From Chrysomallon squamiferum (lineage: Eukaryota; Animalia; Mollusca): a stretch of 64,000 bases of DNA. A program made the position numbers and the translations under genes. Positions 55,685 through 64,000 of this stretch are shown piece after piece. The stretch's first letter is position 1. Every line of letters starts with the position of its first letter. The notes beneath the pieces were generated by a model, which did not search any database, was not told where the DNA came from, and saw only the letters and a program-made list of their open reading frames with translations. The stretch lies in contig CM022670.1 of NCBI GenBank assembly GCA_012295275.1, forward strand, positions 9,176,001 through 9,240,000, given 5' to 3'.

Positions 55685-57285
55685 ATACAATAAAGACTTT
55701 TAAACAAATAAGATGTCTATGTAGTTTGTTTTTAAATACATCGTAGCATCAATTTGTTTTTAGTTTAACTTTCTGACGGTCAGAATACATATTATTATTA
55801 CGAAACAGATAAAAATAATCATAATAATAATAACAATAATAATAATAGTAATAGTAATAATAATAAATAATAATAAAATATTAAAAAAAAATTAAATGAA
55901 TCAAATAAGTTGATAATTTTCAATTTCACGGAAACAGGACAATTTTCAATTCAAAATTTCAAATAAATATAACAAGAATCTAAAACGCATTCCTCTCTGC
56001 GCGATGAAATCAAACAGAGGCTGACATTTCTGAGTTGACTGATAGCAGATATACAAGAAATACTGTGAATTAAAAAAACCAGTGTGAGAGCAACCATCTT
56101 ACGTAAATCTTGAAATGTTATCACACTATCATTTTGAATGCTCACCACTTCCGTGACGATGGAAATAGTGCATGAACATTATGAATTATTAGAGGCAGGT
56201 GGATTATGACCTCGTTCAGTTTTAACTACGTGTTTACCTATATAAAATAATGCAGGTAAGTGGGAGAAGGGAATATATATCACGGATATATCAGGTCTCG
56301 TTTACAGCCTACGGGGTCGTGTTTTGATATGACATCGTTACTTGACTATTTAACTACATCATTACTGGAAAGAAAGAAAGAAAATAAGAAGGAAAGAAAG
56401 AATGAATGAATGAATGAATGAAAAAGAAAATGTAAACTATAAGTTTTTAAAACTGAGTAACTTGCCGGTATGCTTTTCACGTCTGTAGATAAAGAGATTT
56501 TCTGACAGACTGACAGACTGACAAATACCCACACATTTATACGCTCAAACGGTCGTTTATCATTATTATTTTTTTTATTTATTTCAATAATTTTTGTATT
56601 TACCATTCAATTTTTTTTATAATAATTTTTTTTTAATTTTTTTGTAATTTTTTTATTTTAACATGTAGTGTTATTTAATATTTCTTATTTTTGTTGTTTT
56701 GTTTTGCTTTTTACTAATTATTTTCTGAATAATGAAATAAATATATTCCTTCATAAACCTGTTCAGTTCAGAAAGTAAACAAGTTATCCGAATAATTATA
56801 ATAGTTTTTGTTGTTGTTGTTTTAATTAACTTCAAAAGTGTGCGTTCGAGTTGTGTTTGTGTGTGTGTTTGGTATGGTGCATGTCGTATGATGTGTGTGT
56901 TTGTGTGTGTGTAGTTTTAGAATCTTGATTTTATAGTATTATTATTACAGTTTTCACTGTGTATTTTTTTTTTTTTTTTTTTTACTATTAACAATACATA
57001 CTCTGAGACACATTCGCTTACATCTACAAAGTCTGTCACAGTTAATTTGTTTGAAGAGTCAAGTCATAAAAACGTTACTTAATTATCTTATAATGAACTA
57101 CTAAGTCATCTGAAGAACTGCAAAAAGCACTGACAATAATGATTTCTTATTAGTTAATGGTTTACACGTGAACAAATCAGGTTGTGAACGTAACGACTGC
57201 ACCTAGAGCCGAATGTTAAAAACACTAGATATATAAATATTCATATTAAATATACGTATATAGCGTGTATGTGTGTTTTTGTGGT

Positions 57286-57319
<34 letters not shown>

Positions 57320-57777
57320 TTGTGTCATAAAAAATAAATACACTGGCATTTTCGGAATTCTTTAAAAATAAATAGCTATGATTACAATATATAGTATTTA
57401 CAGAATCTTAATACACCTACAAAAACAAAAAAAAACACTAAAAAAACACACAAAATGGCGACATCTAAACGTATAAAATTTAATGAAGTACATTTCTAGC
57501 TTCGACAAAGGATTTTTATATATATACATACATATATGACAAGTTATATAATATTGATACATTCACACTATCCATACAAACATATATTTTATACCATACT
57601 ATCATGTACATATATATATATATATATACATTCACACACACACACACAAACATATATATTTTATATACAATATCCATACTCTTATGTAATCTATATCTAT
57701 GTATGTATGTGTATGGATGTATGTTTGTATTCTATCTATCTACTGATACCAAAAAATGTATAATAAATATACACAGA

Positions 57778-57849
57778 GGGGATATAGCTCAGTGGTAGAG
57801 CATTCGACTGCAGATCGAGAGGTCCCTGGTTCGAACCCGGGTGTCCCCT
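57778..57849 (+). tRNA. tRNA-Cys (GCA), copy 1
   Basis: GGGGATATAGCTCAGTGGTAGAGCATTCGACT-GCA-GATCGAGAGGTCCCTGGTTCGAACCCGGGTGTCCCCT; full cloverleaf, A/B boxes, U73 discriminator, downstream T-run. Confidence 0.96.
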
Positions 57850-57901
57850 AAAATGGTAATAATATTCTTTTTGTCTAATTTTTAAAAATATTTTCTTATT
57901 A

Positions 57902-58005
57902 TTTAGCAAGAAGGGATATTATATATATACCATCCTAGTGACAGCTTAAAATATACATGGCCTTTGCTATACCAGCTGTGTTACACTGCCAGTAAGGACA
58001 AATAA
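57902..58005 (-). mobile_element. SINE-like fragment, paralogous to 59119-59222
   Basis: TTTAGCAAGAAGGGATATT...CCATCC...CATGGCCTTTG...CACTGCCAGTAA matches 59119-59222. Confidence 0.45.
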
Positions 58006-58043
58006 TAATTAATTTTGTCTTTTTTCTTCTTATTCCAAATATA

Positions 58044-58177
<134 letters not shown>

Positions 58178-58294
58178 GTGAATTTCCTATATCACAATAT
58201 CCATATTATACTGTATGCATGTATGTATGTATGTATGTATAAATTTATGTATGTATCTATTCATAAAATGTATTTTATAACAAATGTTTACAGA

Positions 58295-58366
58295 GGGGAT
58301 ATAGCTCAGTGGTAGAGCATTCGACTGCAGATCGAGAGGTCCCTGGTTCGAACCCGGGTGTCCCCT
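58295..58366 (+). tRNA. tRNA-Cys (GCA), copy 2
   Basis: Identical to copy 1; TTTTT terminator at 58371. Confidence 0.96.
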
Positions 58367-58994
58367 AACATTTTTATTCTTTCTTTCTTTTTTTCATATA
58401 TTTAGTAATGATTTTTATTGCTGATAATAACAAGAACAATAATAATCATAATCAAATGCAGTACTAATAATAATAGTTATGTTTGTAGCGATGGTATTAG
58501 CAAAAGCAATAGCAATTTAAAAAAAAAAAAAAAAATTCAGTTTATAGTAGAAATGCTTCATAATAACGTACAATATTAATTCATACAAGTTACAAGCAAA
58601 AATCTGTTGTTTTTTTTCTATCGTCTGCATTATACAGTTCATTCATATATGACTGCAAACAGTGAAACATGCTTTAGAAACGCTTGAGTGATCTTGAAAC
58701 CACGAATATGACTTTTAAAAAATCCATGCTTTTTACACGTTGTAGCTTTTGCATAACAATCAAATCACTGAACTATTCATTTAACGAGCGAATTTTCTGT
58801 CATTTAAAATCGTAGATGGTTTATATTTATGAGGTCTGATTTTTTTTTAACGTTTAAAGTGCGAAGATGTATAAAGCAGTAAAGATAGTCGACTTCTTTT
58901 GACACAGGCTCGCTGAAAGCGTAAAGGTATTTTTTACTACTGGTTATGTTATAATGTGTCACATATTTCACTGAACAGAAAAATAACAAAGGAT

Positions 58995-59222
58995 ATATAT
59001 AATTTTATTTAACGACGCAAATGTAGCAGTTTATTTATCGTTCTGTGACGTTGGACATGTTGTTTAAGGAACAAGCTGATAACGAAAGAAGAAACCACTG
59101 TATGAGCTACTATTACTGTTTAGCAAGAAGGGATATTTTATATACACCATCCCACTGACTGGATAACACAAACATGGCCTTTGTTCTATCATTTGTGGTA
59201 CACTGGCAGTAAAAACAAATAA
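58995..59222 (-). mobile_element. Degenerate SINE-like interspersed repeat
   Basis: TTTATTTAACGACGC...TAGCAAGAAGGGATATTTTATATACACCATCCCAC...CATGGCCTTTG...CACTGGCAG. The second half is duplicated at 57902-58005. Resembles, from memory, an abundant gastropod tRNA-derived SINE. Confidence 0.45.
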
Positions 59223-59467
59223 ATATTAAACTGCATTAAAAATATAATTTTTTTTTTTCTTTTTTCTTTTATATATATATATATACACGCACACATCCAA
59301 ACACACACACAACAACAACAACAGCAATAACAACAATAATGATAATGATAATAATGAAAACAGTAAATTTCACAGAGGACAATATCTGCACCATAAATTA
59401 TAATATTATCTCTATGTATGTACGTATGTATGTATTCATTAAAATATATACGTCATATGTAATCAGC

Positions 59468-59539
59468 GGGGATATAGCTCAGTGGTAGATCATTCGACTG
59501 CAGATCGAGAGGTCCCTGGTTCGAACCCGGGTGTCCCCT
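59468..59539 (+). tRNA. tRNA-Cys (GCA), copy 3, D-stem variant G24U
   Basis: Identical to the others except GGTAGATCA instead of GGTAGAGCA (T at 59490). Confidence 0.9.
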
Positions 59540-59778
59540 AACCTGTCTTTCTTTTCTTTTTCTTTTTCTTTTTTCATGTATTTTATATAATTTTTATTAC
59601 TGATCAGATCAAGAACGATAATAATCATAACCAACAATCATAATAATAACAGTTACGTTCATAGCGGTGACATCAACAGCAACAACAACAACTACAGGAC
59701 GATATGCATACTATGAATGTATCTATTCATATAAAATATATATATATATATATCATGACAACAATACAACAACACAAC

Positions 59779-59847
<69 letters not shown>

Positions 59848-60023
59848 CGCCAATAATAATAATAATAGTGAATTTCCTATAGCACAATATCCATACTATA
59901 CTCTATGTATGTATGTATGGATGTACTGTACGTATGTATGTATGGATGTACGTATGTATGTATGGATGTATTTATGTATGTATGTATCTATTAATAAAAT
60001 TTATTTTATAAAATGTTTACAGC

Positions 60024-60095
60024 GGGGATATAGCTCAGTGGTAGAGCATTCGACTGCAGATCGAGAGGTCCCTGGTTCGAACCCGGGTGTCCCCT
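60024..60095 (+). tRNA. tRNA-Cys (GCA), copy 4
   Basis: Identical to copy 1; T-runs downstream. Confidence 0.96.
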
Positions 60096-60642
60096 AGAGA
60101 GTTGTGTTTTGTTGTTTTTTGGTCTTTTTTATTATCTTCCTATATTTTAACTGATTTTTATTGCTTTTATCGATATTTTATTACGATTTACCAAAGATTA
60201 ATTCTTAATAACTAAAAAAGTGGTTTTCTGACTTTTTCATTTATTTATTTATTCCAAAAACTGGTTTTTTTTTTTTTTTTCAATCTGTTTGAGCTAAAAA
60301 TTAATTACTTCCGCATTGTTTTTGTCATTTATTAATCAAACGCATGTTACTTCTAGAACTGCCGAGAGCAGTGAAACGTGTATCAATATAACTACAGTTG
60401 TAATAGCTGTAAACCTTAAATTTTTTTAAAAATTAAAAAATAAAATTAAATTATTAATTAAAAAAAAAAAAAAAAAAAAATAAAAAAAAAAGAACGTAAA
60501 ACGAATAAGTAAAAAAAAAAAAAAAAATAAAATAAATGAAGGGAAATCTTGTTTATGAATAATTCAAACAGCAGTTGTATTTAGGGCTAGATGGCATTCG
60601 ACATGTCATGCCATATTTGTATTGTCAATAAAAATATTTTAA

Positions 60643-60681
<39 letters not shown>

Positions 60682-60682
<1 letters not shown>

Positions 60683-60724
60683 TTCGACTGCAGACTGAAA
60701 GGTCCCTGTTTCCATTCACGGTGT
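60682..60724 (+). pseudogene. Degenerate 5'-truncated tRNA-Cys fragment
   Basis: ATTCGACTGCAGACTGAAAGGTCCCTGTTTCCATTCACGGTGT aligns to the anticodon/T-arm of the neighbouring tRNA-Cys genes; 5' half replaced by an (AAT)n/A run; B box broken. Confidence 0.7.
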
Positions 60725-61307
60725 ATTATTATTTAAAATAACATTCTATTTAACAAATCTGTATATCCTTTTCAAAGAAAAAAAAAAAAAAAAAAAAACA
60801 TTAAAAAAATTATAACAGAGAAGCTGCTAGTGCCAAGTTTCATAAAGAGCTGTAAATGACAATGATATTAAATGATTTTGTTTCATTACATTTTGTGTGG
60901 CGCCACTTTGTTGTCGTGTCCCTCCTGTTTACTATGCTCGTCTAGGTTACTAGCAGGATATCTCTATACAGACAAGAATGTGTGTACTGAACACCATGAT
61001 TCAGTCTGAGAGCCGTTGTCGCTGAAGATGACTGTTCACGCTATCCTATCTCTGACTTCAGCTCTAACCACTGGACTACACTCTGTTTCCTAGCTTACAA
61101 AGAAACCCGTCATTTCATTATAATCACAGTATTGCCTCGTTTTGTTTTGGGGTTCTTTTTTTTTCTTTCTTTCTTTATTTCTTCTTTTTCTTCAACTTTT
61201 CTTTTTTATCATTTTTTTTTTTTTAATTTTTTTTTTTTCAGATTTGATTAAATAAGCTTTTTACCTGGTTTTCAGAAAATTGGAAATGTCATTTACGATT
61301 TTTTTTT

Positions 61308-61341
<34 letters not shown>

Positions 61342-62899
61342 TGATTAAAACTATGCTCGGTCCTGAAGGGATAGAACCCATCAATCGTCAAAAAACTTAA
61401 CGTAGTCATCAATTCACAAAATTTTACATAACGAAGCGTCACATGCGTTGAATGCAAAGAGCTGAGGCACGGTACCAGAGAGCTTTAATCTATTTATAGA
61501 CTAAGTGAAACTGTCAAATATGACAATCGTGAGCAATGGTTGGCCAAAAACTGTGTCAAGGCTCTTTTCTTTTTTTTTAAGCGCGCAATCCAAAAACTAA
61601 TTGTTATAAATGAATAGGATTACAGCCTTTTAAATGATTGTCGAACACAGCAAAATCAATAACATTTTCTTCCATACAGATCAGTGTATAAATTATATTA
61701 AACAAATGCCTTGATTACTGCCATTTGAATAATTATTTCCAACGAAGTGGTGGAAGCACTAATAGTGTAATAGTAGAACAGTAGTCGTTGCTGTTGTTGT
61801 TGTTGTTGTTGTTGTAATAGTAGTATTTTGCTTTGAATATTAAAAATAAAAAATATGCGTTTTAATCAATTCACTAATGATCGAATGACCAAGAAATGTC
61901 AATGAAATGCTGGACAAAAATAGATACAAATAAAAAAAATTAATTAAAGAAGAAGAAAAAAGAGTGTTATAAAGCTAGTAATTCTGCAAATGAGGAAGTA
62001 ACATTCAGTGAGTAAAACTGTTTATATTTTTTTATCTTAAAGGTAGTCACTCGTTTTAACGATCAAATCTACTCGATTACTCTTTTATTTTTATTATTAT
62101 TATTATCGTCATTATCATTTTTTATTATCTTTGTTATCATTTGTCTCGCCTATCTCTTTCTCTATCTATCTATCTCTCTATATATGCCTTGATTTACTGC
62201 CGTTTAAATAATTATTTCCAGTGAAGTTGTAGGAACAGTAATAGTAGTAATAGTAGTAGTAGTGGTAGTAGTAGTAATAGTAGTAGTAGTTGTTGTTGTT
62301 GTTGTTGCTGCTGCTGCGGCTGCTGTAATAGTAGTATTTTGCTTAGAATATTAAAAATAAAAAAACATATATGTTTTAATCAATTCGAGAGAACAAGAAA
62401 TGTCAAGGAAATACTGATCTAAAATAGACATAAACAAAAAAAAAAAAAAATTAATAAAAAAAATAACAAAACGGAAATATTAGTAGAGGAATACATAAAC
62501 CTTAGAAATACATAATAAATAAACACTGAAAACAAATAAACAAACAAACAAACAAACAAACAAACAAACTATAACATAATAAATATACGTACTCTTACTC
62601 TTGTGCAGAGGTCTCGTCTCGACATGTTAATATTCCAGACAATTTAGTCTTTGATGTTAAAACAAATGTGACACGTCAAGAGGTGAGCACATTCTGCCGT
62701 ACAACATAATACGTTTATGGCAATCAATGGAGCAATATAATCCGTTACAGAATGGGCGATCACCTTAAAGCTCAAGTCAATGTCTTACACACACCGAGCG
62801 TAAATAATTCTTAATGTGAAAATCCATTCATTTTTTTTTTTTTTTTTTTCTAACGTGTAAGTGATAAATTAGAAGAGTATATTAATGTATGTATGTATG

Positions 62900-62936
<37 letters not shown>

Positions 62937-63022
62937 TGGATGTATGTATGTATGTAAGTATATATATGTATGTATGGGTGTATGGATGGATGGATGGATG
63001 AATGTATGTATTTATTTATGTA

Positions 63023-63068
<46 letters not shown>

Positions 63069-64000
63069 AGTGGATGAATGGATGGATGGATGTATTGATA
63101 AACAGTTACAGAGAAGAGTATATCTTATTTCAGTATGTATGTACAATTCAGTTTATATATAACCCAATTTATGTTATTTCATATAATATATATGTGTGAA
63201 TATTACAGGCAGCTAAAAGATATAATTATATGTTAGACACACATGTTAACAGTTCTTCGTTGAACAAATTTTGCAGGAGCTTGGAAACACAAGTAACCGT
63301 TCGAATTATATTGTTATAATATTATAAAACCAGGTAGAGAATATTTCCACAGACGAAAGAATTGAATACATGGCAGTCGGAAGTGAAAGTTCCATTCGAA
63401 ATATCCTGTCTTAAATAGTGAAAAATTAATAATCTATAGTAATTAAAATTAATTTTATTGAAAATTATCAATCATAAATCAGTGAAACCAAAAAATGTAT
63501 TAACTAAATTGCGTAAATCCGAAATCGATCAACAATTAAAAAAAAATCATATTTTTGCAAGTTCCAGTAACCTAATTCAACAAATGTTATAATTCTGTCT
63601 TCTATTCTAATCCTGTTTCAGATGAAAATAGTTTTAAGTTTCAGCTGATGCTTATTTCCCAGCCATACTTTTGTCAGAACTCACAAAAATCCTACGTCCG
63701 TTTCAAATTAGCCATCTGCTGGCTTGTCGGAAACAGTAACAGAACAAGAAGGCTTTGTCTCTGTTTAATTGCTTCATTTACATAACCATAATTAAACAGT
63801 TATTTCGAATCCCGCACGTTAAACGGCAAATTTGCATAAGTACGAACTTGTGTTAATTGGTGGTTCAAAAATACTGTAGAGAAGACAGCACAACTGAATT
63901 TACCATAAAAAGCAAAGAAGAAACCGAAACCAAAACCAAAAAATAAAGACTTGATATCGGACAGATAAATTGCCGCAATGATATTAAGGGCTCCCAAATA

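Noticed and set aside
53300-57700. Search for a third paralogous DID first exon upstream of exon A
   Set aside because: No ORF with the W..F...GL..LL / C..C....MNS signature is visible in the window; cannot be excluded beyond 64 kb.

Overview
AT-rich, microsatellite-dense eukaryotic (invertebrate, probably gastropod mollusc) genomic DNA with spliced GT-AG genes. (1) + strand 1-14871: the last 22 coding exons (~1010 aa) of a SPEF2 (sperm flagellar protein 2) gene; its 5' part lies outside the window. (2) - strand 48454-18540: an INF2-type (inverted formin 2-like) formin with DID, a 33-bp-repeat FH1, FH2, WH2/DAD and a long acidic tail. It converges tail-to-tail on SPEF2. It carries two paralogous, divergent first coding exons (48454-47602 and 38754-38322) that each encode the N-terminal half of the DID and splice in phase 1 to the same shared exon. 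One FH2 exon is 1 nt short (frameshift at ~23580, most likely an assembly error). (3) An internally deleted Tigger/pogo DNA transposon in a formin intron. (4) Four tRNA-Cys(GCA) genes at 57.8-60.1 kb, one with a D-stem G24U variant, plus a degenerate fragment. Other signals: degenerate intronic repeats copied from splice junctions, a CpG-poor to CpG-normal transition at ~27 kb, clustered TGACGTCA palindromes and SINE-like relics. Exon boundaries were derived by hand from splice consensus and reading-frame continuity. Family assignments rest on recalled protein motifs, not on database searches.
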